Below are positions 24,901-36,829 of a stretch of DNA of 64,000 nt, piece after piece. Every line of letters begins with the position of its first letter. Position 1 is the first letter of the stretch. Below the pieces are notes generated by a model. It did not search any database and was not told where the DNA came from. It saw only the letters and a program-made list of their open reading frames with translations. The position numbers were made by a program, and so were the translations under genes. The stretch is from Oopsacas minuta. Lineage: Eukaryota; Animalia; Porifera. The DNA is taken from assembly GCA_024704765.1 (NCBI GenBank), contig JAKMXF010000007.1:1-64000 (forward strand), in the 5' to 3' direction.

Positions 24901-27900
24901 CTACTGGTTGACACTTGCAGACTAGCTACAGTATCTATTGTGGTGTCAATGCCCATAGTTACTTCAAAACATCTTCGACTTTCACAATTTTTGAGAAGAG
25001 AAGTAAATACAGGATTTGCTGAGGTTATGAGAGAGAAAGAAAACAGAGGAGCAGGTTACGAACTAGAAATTCCATAAGTGTACCGCCTTTATGGACCTAA
25101 AGTTTACATTGACAAGATGAAAGAATTGTTGAAAGACTTGAAAGACATGGGACTTGTATAGCACTCATGTTATTTTGTAAATTTTGTGATATCTATGAAA
25201 ATTATTGGCTGCAGTTTTTGTTGTCCGTTCTTTGGAGATAATTTTGCATTAAGACACGCCACTCGGGGCCAATTCCTGTCCGTTGTTCGGAATTCGGAGT
25301 TGTCCGCTCCTCGGAGACTGCTTAAGTACTACATGCTTGGCAAATTCAATCAGTGCCACGAGGTTTGTCCGCTTCTTGGAGTGTCCGTTTTGGGAGACTC
25401 CACTGTGTATATATATTCACAAATGCCCATGCCATACCTCCGAAACCATTCTAGGCCGACTTTTCACATCGGCTAGGATATCAAAATGGGGATCGATCGA
25501 ATTTTAGCACTCCTTAATAGACTGAACATGTGTGAAAGTGAAATAATATAAATATTTATTGTTACAGTGATGAAGTATAAGAGTTTGAGGACATAAATAA
25601 CCTATAAAATATTACAAAAATAGTATCAGAAAAGATAACAAAATAAAAATAAGAGGAGTACTGAATTTGTGAGTAGACATGGCAGAAGCCAGCTGATTAC
25701 AGCTGCTACCTGTAAAACCCGTATCACACAAACAAACTGACGTATTGCTGCATGTACCTTTCCCAGAGCAGGGAACACCTAAGTCATTAATCGGACATAA
25801 CACCTGATCACTCACAGTGTATAGATCCACACACATTTGGTCAACGCATATTTTGCCCGGACCGCACTTAGCACCTTGTATTACTAAGCCTGGATCTGTA
25901 AAGTCAACATCAACGTCTATATTCACACCAATACACTCCACCTGTGCTCCTCCTAGGAAGTTTAACGTTACGATTGTTAATTCAGCGGAGCCAGTCGTTT
26001 GTAATTCAGGGTCTGCAGGTGTACTACACTGTATCTTACCACACTTGACATTGGATGCTGTACATGCAATGTAAGTGCTGATGCCATCTAGATTATGACG
26101 TATCCCACAGTTACCGTATTTATCTCCCTTATTGTTAAGCTCACTGTAGCACACATCAACACCTACATCAACCCCTGCAGTACCAAATAGACTATAACAC
26201 TGACCTCTATGTGTATTACATGTACCTTTAAAGCAGTAGGAACTGGATCCAGCAGTAGTACACAGTGTTCCGTCTGTGTGGTATAGATCAGGAGGACATG
26301 AACCTGTACTCCCAGTACAATATTCAGGTATGTCACACTCATTACGTTTTTCTCTACATAGTCTATCTGAGGGAGAGAGCTGACACCCTGCGTCACAGCA
26401 TTCACCTGCTGTGCACTGTGCACCGTTTTTGAGAAGACAGAGACCAGGTTGACAACAAGGGTCTACAGTTGGGCACTCTATACTACTTCCACAATCACAC
26501 TCCTCTCCTGGCTCCACGAATCTGTTCCCACAGACCGGATCTGTGACCAGCATAGGAACTTCGTTGAATATACAGTTACCTATTCCGCTATCCAATGCGG
26601 CATCTAATTCATCAATAGAACACTGACTGAATTCAGTAGGTATCACATCTATACCTACTTTATTCATTATACGCGTGCATTCATTACCTGGACACAGGTA
26701 ACAGGGTCTACTACCTACGTCATCATGATACAAACCGAAGTTATGTCCCATCTCGTGGCTGATAGTAGCTGCTATATCTAGTTCACGTAGATCCAGATCT
26801 CTACTGACTCCCCCAGAGTTATCTAGACACATCGTGCTAAGAGGAGCAAACCCTACAACAGTGGAAGGGTGGGTCTTCCCAGTGACAAACTGCGCGTTAT
26901 CAAATATTACACTTGCTTGAGATTGTAAGGTCGGAATGTAATCGAGGAAATTATCCAGTGTGATTGAGAGATCATCTTCCACTGAGATCTGGTTAGTAGA
27001 GGACCATACAGTAGCTCCGACAAGTGCTATTCTTATACTCAAACTTTTGTACATCAAATCCATCTCATTAGCAACGTGTACTAGATAGTTCAGACTATGG
27101 ATAAAGTTTGAACCTAAAAGCTGATGCAGAGTCAGATCCATGATGAGATAAAGCTCAACAAAACGTGATATAGCCTGTCTCTTGACATGAGTAAACGATT
27201 GTGTGAAATTGCCTGGAATTAAAGGGAACGGGTCTAGGTGTACAGTTCCACAGGTCTTTACTCTCTTAGGTAACCTATTGTCATGTTTGTATATAATATG
27301 GGTGTTGAGTATCGGCTCCAGATAATAGTATTCTCCATGCAGTAAAATAGAGCCTCTGAATCCATTACAGGTACTGAGAGCTATCTTAGAATGTTGTAGA
27401 TTATTCTCAACATATCCATGGTAGTAACAATGAATAATTCTATCGGTGTGACGTGTAAGCTGGTACTCATCAGTAGCTTGGAAAAAGAATTTAAAATGCT
27501 CATTGAGTAAATCCTCATTCAGATTCAAATTCAAAAGTAAATCTTCTCTATCTTCAATCTGAAGCAGAACACGAATAGATGCAGGGTGACTAGTAAAATC
27601 AGAGATAATAGGTGGTAGAGTAGAAGATACAATAGTTGGTTTTACAAAGTGATAAGAAGATGATCTCTTACTGGCTAGAGTATCATACTCGTTAGCATTT
27701 GTAAATATTGATAAAGTGAAGATGAAGTAGATTGTTAATAAAAGCATGTGTAGTTGGAAAATGATTTGTTGGAAGAATCAACAAGTATTCTATTCGTTGA
27801 AACAATTTATGGGAGATTATAATAAACTCAGTACACAGAAGAAAGTACGTGATGAGTTTTACATTAAATAGTAAGACCGCTGATCAGTGCCGGATTTAGG

Positions 27901-30900
27901 TTATGTGGGACCCCTGAAGCCTATTCAAAGCCGTCACGGTTCGCCCACCTGTCCCCATTCCTCAATTTGTAATGCTTGTGTTTATTGAATTCATGTGAAA
28001 GTCATGTTCTAGTATTTCTAATATAAGATTTATAGTGATTAAAGTAGATTCCAGTGTGTTTAAAATTAATGACGTTGAGTTATGGGGCCCCTGTTCGGCC
28101 GCACACTCCGACACTGCTGAATCCGTTACTGCCGCTGATAGTTGAAACATTTTTCAGCTCTATCGCCGACATCTGATTTGGCTACCCCACAAGTTTTGTC
28201 ATTATTTCACCAATAATACAATGTAGATGACCCTTTCTTACTTATCAGAATACAAAGTCATTTTCATATTTTTAATGAATAAACCAATTTTCCCGCTAAT
28301 ACGTCACAAAATGAGATAATGATAATGAGCCACGGGCCGCCGTAGAGGGTCAGGTAGATCTCATGTGAAGCTGAAACAAGTTTCTCATCAACAGTGTCCT
28401 AATACGCATGATTACCAAACATCTTCTGCAGGGCCTTGTCCATTAACAAATTTAAAGATTTGCTTAACTTTATAAAGGCGATGTATATATTGTCAGGGGT
28501 CCCGCAAGGTCGAACACAAATTTACAGGACCGATGTAATCATGAATGAGTAGTCTAGACTGAAGAGGTATTGCCGGATTTAAAGTTCAATGTAATGTTGG
28601 GTTCAATTACTGGCCCTGATCTCTAAACATCACGAAATATAACATTATCAGTGTGTTACCACCAATAATGAAATATATACATGGTATAATCCTAGGAAAT
28701 TTGGAAACAGCGATTTTCAGGTGTTTCTTGGAATTTATTGATAAAAAAAGTATGGCACAGTTTGAAAAAGGTTGACAATCACTGGAGTGCAGGGTATGAT
28801 TAAGAATTTACTCAAATTATGAAAATTTTAAATTCTAGTTATAACTAACAATACCTACCATAGCACATAGTTTCTGTAGTCCAGGAGTCTGGCTACAGAT
28901 ATTGAGTAGAGCTGTAAGTAGGAAGACAGAGGACTGTTGATGCTGAGCTAGTATTAGTGGTATAGCAATACTGTCTAATTGAGATAGACGTGCTGTTGTA
29001 GATATACAATCTTGTTGGTTATCTTGTCTCACTAAAGCTCTTCCCAACTTGTCAATAGCATAAGTTAATGTTAGGCTGTCTCTATGAGGTATTCCCAGTT
29101 CTTTGACAAACAGAGCTGCCACGTCATCGAAAGTGTTAACCTAAATCAGAGCTCTATATAAATATAATACACACGTGTATTAGTGTAACTGTATGTATCA
29201 GTTTGTTTTGACTGTATATGTATATACAATCAACAATCAAATATCGAAGTTTACTACAGGTCTACGGTCAGATCTATACATTCAAACTCTCAAGGAGTAA
29301 GAAAATTGGTAAATAAACAGTTCCAACAGAATAAATGTCAACCAAATGCAGCGAGGAAATATTGTGTCAATCAAAAATACGTTCGACCTATGTAATTGTT
29401 CGGTATATAAAGCATAACTACAAATTTGAACCATGGGTTACTTGAAGTGTATCTATCGAATTTAATGCACTTCAAGTAATCCATGGTGCAGGAAAAACGG
29501 TCAGTAATCAGGCGAGGCATTATATCACGAAGGTTACAGTCTAACTGAACATTTCTAAAATTGTGATTAGCCATAATTGTCTATCTAATGAATAAGGTAT
29601 GACTAGATATTTCCTATATTATTGAATTGTTTTAATAGATTTGTCCTGATTAATGTCAATCAATATGCATAATTATCAAATATATGTAGAGATTTGCTGA
29701 ACTGCTACGTAGTGGGTAATTATGTATGCTGAATCCAGTTTTTCGCATTTGGAGTTTCGTAAATTTATCCTTGATTTCATGATGAATACAAGTGTTATGG
29801 AAGATGTTGGCTTTTGGAAGACGCACATTTTCCGCGTACCATTTTAGTCTCATTCGTATTAGAATCTGATTCTTATAGTCTTTACCTAAACTATCATTTC
29901 AGTCTCATTTGTGTTAGATTCTGATTCTTTGTAGTCTTATTTCTGGGGTTTTGGGAAAAGGTGCCGAAATTTGGCAATTTTCGGCCATCTTAGTTGATTT
30001 CGGGTTACGAGGTAAACCTTTAAATGATAAATCATAGGTAAGTAAACACCTCCAGCAGCAGAATCCTTATTATGCTGAAAGAAGCCATGTTTATGCAATT
30101 GCCAACATCTTCTGTAACATATGTAAAGATGAATTAAGGAACTATAATCCAAAATGGGCCGTCAATTTGGATTATAAGGATACCTCGAGGCGTAAAGTGC
30201 TGAGTTCACCGACAAGCGGCTCGTTCTTTAATCAAATGTGAAATTACTCTAATACAAATACGTAAGTATATGGGAAAGTAGCCAACGATATAAAACCTTA
30301 AATATGTGTGTTATCCCGTAACTATATTACTAAACCATGACAAAGCATACATAATTACATATAATGTATTACCTCATCATTCATCACAACTACACAATAT
30401 GAATTGTTATTGAAGAAAGGTTGTAGCTTGCTTTTGAATTCTGGGCAGAGTGTCTTCCAATCCTTACAAATCTGTAATGTAATAGCGTATTCGAATATAA
30501 AATGACAGAACTCATGTCCGTGTACTGTAAGCCAGTCAGGAAGGAATGTGAGAGGATCTGATTGACTTGTCTGAATTTTAGGTCTGATAATTATATAATA
30601 GAATAAATAAGATATCGACATATATTAAGAAATGCTCAAACACAGGAAGTACTGCATGATATGGTTCTATGGCCGTATTTTTCATCAAACTACCCTGATT
30701 AACCGTCATAGGCTAATCTCTAGGACAGCCAACATTATTTGATTTGGATGTAACAGTACATATGTATTGAGCCATGGATTATACACTCTATAATATGTTA
30801 GAGTAAAGCCAACTTAATATTTGGGGCCATATGACATGGAAAAATATCTAACGACTGACTCAAGGCAAGGGGAGAGCATACTTTTCCCTCGATTTTTCGC

Positions 30901-33722
30901 TTCCCGAAATTAGCGCAAGACACCTAAACCTAAATCTATATTATTAAATCTCAATTGTTGTCTGTCTGTCTGTTTCTTTGTCCGTTGTCAAGGAAGGATT
31001 TATGGTATGCAATTTGGAAATTGTCGCATAACTATGTATTTATCGTCTTTATCAAGAAGCAAATAGAATTCTATAAAACTCCACTAAAAATATCGAACAT
31101 GCTGAATCTGATTTGCACACTTTTGGATTAATCATATGTAAATTTATTGTTGTTTTTATGAATATAAAGTAAACAAATTAACCAAATCTCAAAATATACA
31201 TACACGTTTGCTCTAAATGGCTACACAGGGCAAAATAATTCAATAATATATATAACATATACGTATATTTATGAAATACATTGTACTAAATATATCTCTA
31301 ATATAATACTGAAAGGGGCCGTCAATTTGGAAAATTATGGATCCCTCGAGGCGCAATGCGCTGAGTTCATCGCGAAGCGATGAGCCAAAGGTCGTATTAT
31401 AAAAATATGAATCCTATTAAGTATTAACTAACGAGTGTAATTACTATAGACAATAACCAAATTATATTTTAAAAGGAAATTCATTTGCTGTACCTATAAG
31501 GCGATTTCATTAGTAAATACCTGTGTCAATTCTAGGTTGATCTTAGTTGTAGAGATTAGAAGCATGTCAAATCAATCATGGTTTCACACCCTGGGATAAC
31601 TCGTTATTTAGAAGTCAGTGTATTGTGTCTCTCCAACGATACTAGTAATGTGCCCAGATTAACCAATGGTTTATTGACATACAATTTACTTATATGTCGG
31701 GAAGATTTTTCTATGCACTTTTAGTAGCGGAAGCTAAATGTATCACAGCTGAGCAAACACAACACAACGCGAACATGAATCGTATTCGTGTTTTGTGTTT
31801 CTCTTTTGTGTTATATCCATTGTCTCCAGTCAGAGTTGGGTCCAATTATAATAGTACAATTAATTACGTTTTGTACATAATTGTAATAATAAATGAACCT
31901 ATGAAGCAGGGGGCTATTGAATCACCTACTGCTATTCCTTGCAAACCGTATAATTTCTCCTCGCTTCGCTCGCATCTTAACCTCAATACCATGTTATATT
32001 AGCCTATTCCCCAGGTATATTTCCCGTGATGATCTACGGATGGAAGTTATGTGAACTGTAATGGTAACGATGGGTATGAGCAAGACAACACATAATTACC
32101 TTATGATACATTCATCCAAATTGAAACAATATTTATGTGTAGTTAATTTATTGGAATGTTACCCTGTGCTAATGATACAACATATTCATATACACAATGA
32201 GGTAATGTAGTCAAGCGGAAACTTCACTAGGCCTGTTGCGTGACAGAATTGCTACCTGTATTACTGGTACTATGGATATTCATAATCCATGTCAGAATTG
32301 CTACCACTGTTATATGACTTATTTGATTATATATGCGAAATTAGTTCCGATTACACACCATGATTTCTTATTATGATACAGATGAATAAAAGTATGATTA
32401 ATCATTACCTTGGAAGATAAGGAATAAAATTTATGATCTTCATTATACTAATTGTTGCTGTTCTATTTTCCAGCTCCTTGTAGCCACACTAATCCCCTGG
32501 AATAAGCTGTCATATCATAATGCCACTTTTAATATATTTTGTATACTCCACACATATTCTTGTATACATTTTAAGGTTCTGTGGATCCCAGGTTGGCAAT
32601 CACTAATGTAATGTATAGAATAATCTGGCCCCACTTATCAATTTTTGAAAAATATTACAACCTTCCAGTATTAAACCGACTCTTATTCGGATAAGACATA
32701 TGTAGCCAGCGGGCTGGCCCCCGACTCCCTAAATTATTTTTCCAAAATCCTTAATTGTATCCGATTCTATTGCAGACAAGAACTTCCTGCTTAGTGGTGA
32801 ACCCGGTTCTCAAATACCTGTAATATTCTAATATGAATTCAGTTAGAGTAAACATCTGAACAAATTTCCGCATACATAATCAAAGAAGTCATATACAGTG
32901 GTAGTTATTCTGACACGGATTATGAATATCCATGGTACCAGTAATACAGGGAGCAATTCTGACACGCAACAGGCCAAATGGGAATTACGCAATTAAGAGA
33001 AACCATTTCGAAATCGAAATTGCCTGACAGTAGATAGGCAACTAATGTGATTATATATAGGGCTTGCCGTATAGGGGCATCGCACCTGGACCCCACTGAA
33101 TTAACACCAATTCCTGGATCCGACACTGCAGGAAATAAATTTGAATTGCCAAAATTTTTACACTTTTTGGGTGTGGACTCGACAAATGAAAAGGGCTTGA
33201 TTAGCGAAATGTGACAGAAGTTTAATACTAAAACTGTCACCGATACTATCGACCCCCGATCTATAAGTAACCCTTTAACATAATACAGTATAATAAAAAT
33301 AATTACTTGTGTACATCGCAATGAGGATCTTTAGTCCAAGCTTCAATATCTCCACAGTCACAACTACCAGCTCCACCAGATACAAACATCTTATATAGAT
33401 GCTTAACGTGTGTACTTCTGAAAAAACATTCCTTACAGAATACACAGGTAGGATCTGTCCTACACTCTACACAAGTATAGAAGAAATCTCCCTTATCGAA
33501 TACATGTCCGCATATGGTAGGTCCACCGCCCTGCTCTTTTAAATTCTTAAGGAAATCGTCTATAGGTATTCCCCGTGATAATAACAGCTGTATCTTCTCA
33601 GTGAACTGAGCCAAGAGATTATCCTGTGGTAGTGTTAAGGGGTTGTCTCCACTGAATATCTCGGGAGCCTGTACACATATCTCGTTAAAGAGTAGCTCCT
33701 TCAGGTTATTTGTTTTCTCCAT
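12513..33722 (-). CDS. UBR1: E3 ubiquitin ligase UBR1/2 (N-recognin), 6 exons: 33722-33307, 30583-30373, 29140-28859, 24301-23953, 18508-18072, 15914-12513; 5097 nt, about 1698 aa
   Basis: All five introns are GT-AG with matching phases (2,0,0,1,0) and give one open frame. Domains: UBR box, ClpS-like YCVVVMNDE|VNTFDDV, RING-H2 (CMFCQE...SCGHTFHFVCW...CPLC) and C-terminal PYLDQFGEHD...RKGSPLFL. UBR1 and UBR2 cannot be told apart here. Confidence 0.9.
16553..17873. mobile_element. Putative non-autonomous element with about 130-bp diverged TIRs enclosing a decayed ORF (16632-17216, +)
   Basis: 16570-16696 and 17725-17854 are diverged reverse complements. The internal frame is broken by frameshifts and stops. 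No TSD identified. Confidence 0.55.
18072..18508 (-). CDS. UBR1: UBR1/2 exon 5
   Basis: Acceptor CTCTTTAG; YAFLQGLKS...HVPFESDWREVF; donor CAG|GTAAAT. Confidence 0.85.
19635..19803. mobile_element. 169-bp Tc1/pogo (Tigger-like) MITE inside the P-like element
   Basis: TA|CAGTAGAACTCG ... CGAGTTCTACTG|TA: perfect 12-bp TIR and TA TSD. Confidence 0.85.
19875..22422 (-). pseudogene. THAP-domain P-element transposase, with many frameshifts
   Basis: THAP-like SFPKDPDERERW...KEPPSIF; catalytic-region motifs LMFDEVK, LICDN, CDYLHIFKNIRNN and DEP/LGKFFGQARQR; C-terminal YLAGYLV. Confidence 0.8.
23424..23866 (+). mobile_element. Non-autonomous Helitron-like repeat, copy 1
   Basis: A|TCTATATTATTAAATC 5' end; 3' GC hairpin CGACGAGCCAAAGGCTCGT; homologous to 30935-31400 and 56050-56510. 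Confidence 0.7.
23953..24301 (-). CDS. UBR1: UBR1/2 exon 4
   Basis: Acceptor TTTACAG; FMSVQLFTSPSLAIYLIE matches the UBR SVQxFTxPxLA motif; donor G|GTACAA. Confidence 0.85.
24601..25405. mobile_element. About 805-bp pogo/Tigger-like non-autonomous element
   Basis: TA|CAGTGGAGTCTCC...GGACAC at the left and GTGTCC...GGAGACTCCACTG at the right, with internal GTCCG subterminal repeats. Confidence 0.75.
25555..25560 (-). promoter_or_regulatory. AATAAA polyadenylation signal for the ADAM gene
   Basis: AATAAA on the minus strand about 50 nt after the ADAM stop codon. Confidence 0.55.
25612..27747 (-). CDS. ADAM metalloprotease (signal peptide, pro-domain, reprolysin, disintegrin, Cys-rich, EGF-like, hydrophobic C-terminus), 711 aa, intronless, nested in UBR intron 3
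   Basis: HCYYHG...ALSTCNG pro-domain; KTCG cysteine switch; VKR processing site; zinc motif HEMGHNFGLYHD; CGNRFVEPGEECDCG disintegrin start; ends PLIFILLSFLILFL*. Confidence 0.95.
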   Translation of the reverse strand: MLLLTIYFIFTLSIFTNANEYDTLASKRSSSYHFVKPTIVSSTLPPIISDFTSHPASIRVLLQIEDREDLLLNLNLNEDLLNEHFKFFFQATDEYQLTRHTDRIIHCYYHGYVENNLQHSKIALSTCNGFRGSILLHGEYYYLEPILNTHIIYKHDNRLPKRVKTCGTVHLDPFPLIPGNFTQSFTHVKRQAISRFVELYLIMDLTLHQLLGSNFIHSLNYLVHVANEMDLMYKSLSIRIALVGATVWSSTNQISVEDDLSITLDNFLDYIPTLQSQASVIFDNAQFVTGKTHPSTVVGFAPLSTMCLDNSGGVSRDLDLRELDIAATISHEMGHNFGLYHDDVGSRPCYLCPGNECTRIMNKVGIDVIPTEFSQCSIDELDAALDSGIGNCIFNEVPMLVTDPVCGNRFVEPGEECDCGSSIECPTVDPCCQPGLCLLKNGAQCTAGECCDAGCQLSPSDRLCREKRNECDIPEYCTGSTGSCPPDLYHTDGTLCTTAGSSSYCFKGTCNTHRGQCYSLFGTAGVDVGVDVCYSELNNKGDKYGNCGIRHNLDGISTYIACTASNVKCGKIQCSTPADPELQTTGSAELTIVTLNFLGGAQVECIGVNIDVDVDFTDPGLVIQGAKCGPGKICVDQMCVDLYTVSDQVLCPINDLGVPCSGKGTCSNTSVCLCDTGFTGSSCNQLASAMSTHKFSTPLIFILLSFLILFL
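28859..29140 (-). CDS. UBR1: UBR1/2 exon 3 (ClpS-like region)
   Basis: Acceptor TTTAG; VNTFDDV...AIDKLGRALVR; donor ATG|GTAGGT; 94 codons. Confidence 0.85.
30373..30583 (-). CDS. UBR1: UBR1/2 exon 2
   Basis: Acceptor TATCAG; encodes YCVVVMNDE; donor GAG|GTAATA. Confidence 0.85.
30935..31400 (+). mobile_element. Non-autonomous Helitron-like repeat, copy 2
   Basis: Same 5' end (A|TCTATATTATTAAATCTC, followed by GTCT microsatellite) and 3' hairpin as copy 1. Confidence 0.7.
33307..33722 (-). CDS. UBR1: UBR1/2 exon 1 (UBR-box zinc finger)
   Basis: CGHVFDKGDFFYTCVECRTDPTCVFCKECF...GSCDCGD; donor AA|GTAATT. Confidence 0.92.
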
Positions 33723-35060
33723 ATGATTATTTACGCTAAATTATCTGTAATTATAATAAATAGAATGGCGTATCTGAATACACATAAATGCTGTTATAGC
33801 AGTGTTTCCCAAACTTTATACGTCATGAACACATCCCATAACAAGCTATGGACCCCAGGTTAGGAAATACTGGATTAGAGCATTGAGAGTGTATATACTG
33901 CTAACCTTCCTGGGATTCCAAACCATATCCGAGGGAAATTTGCTATTTTTGCTATGTTTATGGATATTTTGGGGTATAATAGGGGATATAACGTGAAATC
34001 CAAGGAATATATTGAAAATCCTGGGATTTGGCATTGAAAACCCGCGGAAATATGAAAAAGGTTTTGGTAAGTATGTGTGTACTAAATGACTATATAGCTG
34101 TGCTATAATTATAGCATGTGTTAAATAACACAATATTTGGTTCATATTAAAATAGCTGCAGCAATGGAATTAAAGCAGACAACAGGTTGAAAGCGATCAA
34201 ATATTCTTAGAATATAATAATACATCACACGGCTTCTGTATATCGTATAGACTAGTCAGGATACGATAGAAACATACAGGTGGTGGATGAAGCAATCAAC
34301 TAACTTAGAACTGTCATGCAAAATGTACCGAATGTAATGAGAAATAACTCACGAGACAGGGATTTGAATGGGTGCTAGTCTCCTTGAATAGTAGAAGGGG
34401 TTTCTAACCAGTAACCAGGTTGCATTCCCGGTTGTTACATACAAATCTCCCAATAACCTTTTCAGTGACCTGAATCATAAAGGTTGCTGGGGATTTGTAT
34501 GTAGTCACTTAAGCTAAGCTGCTGATTAGAAACTGCTTTGTAGAAAACTCAAAATACGCCACATTGCGTTGCTATTCCCAAAATCTGTAATGTAATTACG
34601 TAAATATAGATTACAGAAGGAATGTATTTGCATTCTTTTAGATCTGACCATTAGAAAGAACCATATAATACAGGGCAGTAGGAGAGGGACCAATAATCTT
34701 TTGCTTCCGACGTCTCTGTAATATATGTCTGTCTCAAGAGCAAGTATTGATTACACAAAAGTAAAGGAATCTCTTATGAAGTTTAGCTAGCTGGAACAAT
34801 TCATAAAGAAACAGGATCAAGAGGAAATACAGCAGAACGGTTACATCTATTTGTGATATAAATATTCTAAGAATTCAAATATTTAACAGTTCACTAAAGA
34901 GAATCGATCTTCCATTCGATATAATAAATATGTATACCCAATTTGAATTTCTCAAGACACAACATACAAACCACCAGAACAGAGAACAGCAAATTACAGC
35001 AAATCATTTCTTCAGAATAGATAACAAGGGATTTCATAATAACTGATATAATAAAACCAA

Positions 35061-36342
35061 TCCATATATTCTCACTATTCGTATATTCTCACTATTCGTA
35101 TATTCTCACTATCCATATATTCTCACTATTCGTATATTCTCACTATCCATATATTCTCACTATCCATATATTCTCACTATCCGTATATTCTCACTATCCA
35201 TATATTCTCACTATCCGTATATTCTCACTATCCGTATATTCTCACTATCCATATATTCTCACTATCCATATATTCTCACTATCCATATATTCTCACTATC
35301 CATATATTCTCACTATCCGTATATTCTCACTATCCATATATTCTCACTATCCATATATTCTCACTATCCATATATTCTCACTATCCATATATTCTCACTA
35401 TCCGTATATTCTCACTATCCGTATATTCTCACTATCCATATATTCTCACTATCCGTATATTCTCACTATCCATATATTCTCACTATCCGTATATTCTCAC
35501 TATCCATATATTCTCACTATCCATATATTCTCACTATCCGTATATTCTCACTATCCATATATTCTCACTATCCATATATTCTCACTATCCATATATTCTC
35601 ACTATCCATATATTCTCACTATCCGTATATTCTCACTATCCATATATTCTCACTATCCATATATTCTCACTATCCGTATATTCTCACTATCCATATATTC
35701 TCACTATCCGTATATTCTCACTATCCATATATTCTCACTATCCATATATTCTCACTATCCGTATATTCTCACTATCCGTATATTCTCACTATCCGTATAT
35801 TCTCACTATCCATATATTCTCACTATCCATATATTCTCACTATCCGTATATTCTTACTATCCGTATATTCTCACTATCCGTATATTCTCACTATCCATAT
35901 ATTCTCACTATCCATATATTCTCACTATCCGTATATTCTCACTATCCATATATTCTCACTATCCGTATATTCTCACTATCCATATATTCTCACTATCCAT
36001 ATATTCTCACTATCCGTATATTCTCACTATCCATATATTCTCACTATCCATATATTCTCACTATCCGTATATTCTCACTATCCATATATTCTCACTATCC
36101 GTATATTCTCACTATCCGTATATTCTCACTATCCGTATATTCTCACTATCCATATATTCTCACTATCCGTATATTCTCACTATCCGTATATTCTCACTAT
36201 CCGTATATTCTCACTATCCGTATATTCTCACTATCCGTATATTCTCACTATCCGTATATTCTCACTATCCATATATTCTCACTATCCGTATATTCTCACT
36301 ATCCGTATATTCTCACTATCCGTATATTCTCACTATACGTAT
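35061..36342. repeat. 17-bp minisatellite TATATTCTCACTATCC(A/G), about 75 copies
   Basis: Head-to-tail units with no spacers; about 1280 bp divided by 17. Confidence 0.97.
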
Positions 36343-36829
36343 AAGGAATTTTGAAGCGTATTCTAGGCTGAGAATATCTCCCATTCTTAAACGACGTAAC
36401 TCTAAACAAATCTGATAATATTTGCGGTCATAGCTGCAGTCAGAAATATTAACCTATCCAAAAAAACCTCTAAATTAATCAGTAGAAATAATGTTTTCAT
36501 TTTGCTATCACTCGTGAGTTCTACAATATTTGTACTGTAGTTATTGCTTATAAGAGTTGCAAAAGAAATGTTATAACAGATACCAAGTGTATTGTATTCC
36601 CAGGTTGAATAGACTTCCCTTTTACACAGGACAGGAAGGGCCAGATGACTTAAGGATTGTTGAAAATGTTTGTGCTTTGGAAGTCGAAGAATATTCCAGA
36701 AGAGTGTTCCGCAACCCGCCGCATGCAGCCTGCAAAGTTTTCAAATACCATACAATTGTTATACAGCTTATTGTATAATATATAGGTGCATTAGAATTTT
36801 CGTGTTGATTTTCTTTCCATATTTTACTC

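Noticed and set aside
23454-25507. Short ORFs 23454-23639, 24603-24794 and 25186-25507
   Set aside because: They lie within Helitron-like or MITE repeats and have no protein-like features.
28835-30621. ORFs 28835-29122 and 30355-30621 as separate small genes
   Set aside because: They are UBR exons 3 and 2, with phase-compatible splice sites.
34436-34503. 25-bp imperfect hairpin as a regulatory RNA
   Set aside because: Short and mismatched, and similar to many MITE remnants here; no further support.
35061-36342. CRISPR array
   Set aside because: Units are contiguous with no unique spacers, there are no cas genes, and the context is eukaryotic.
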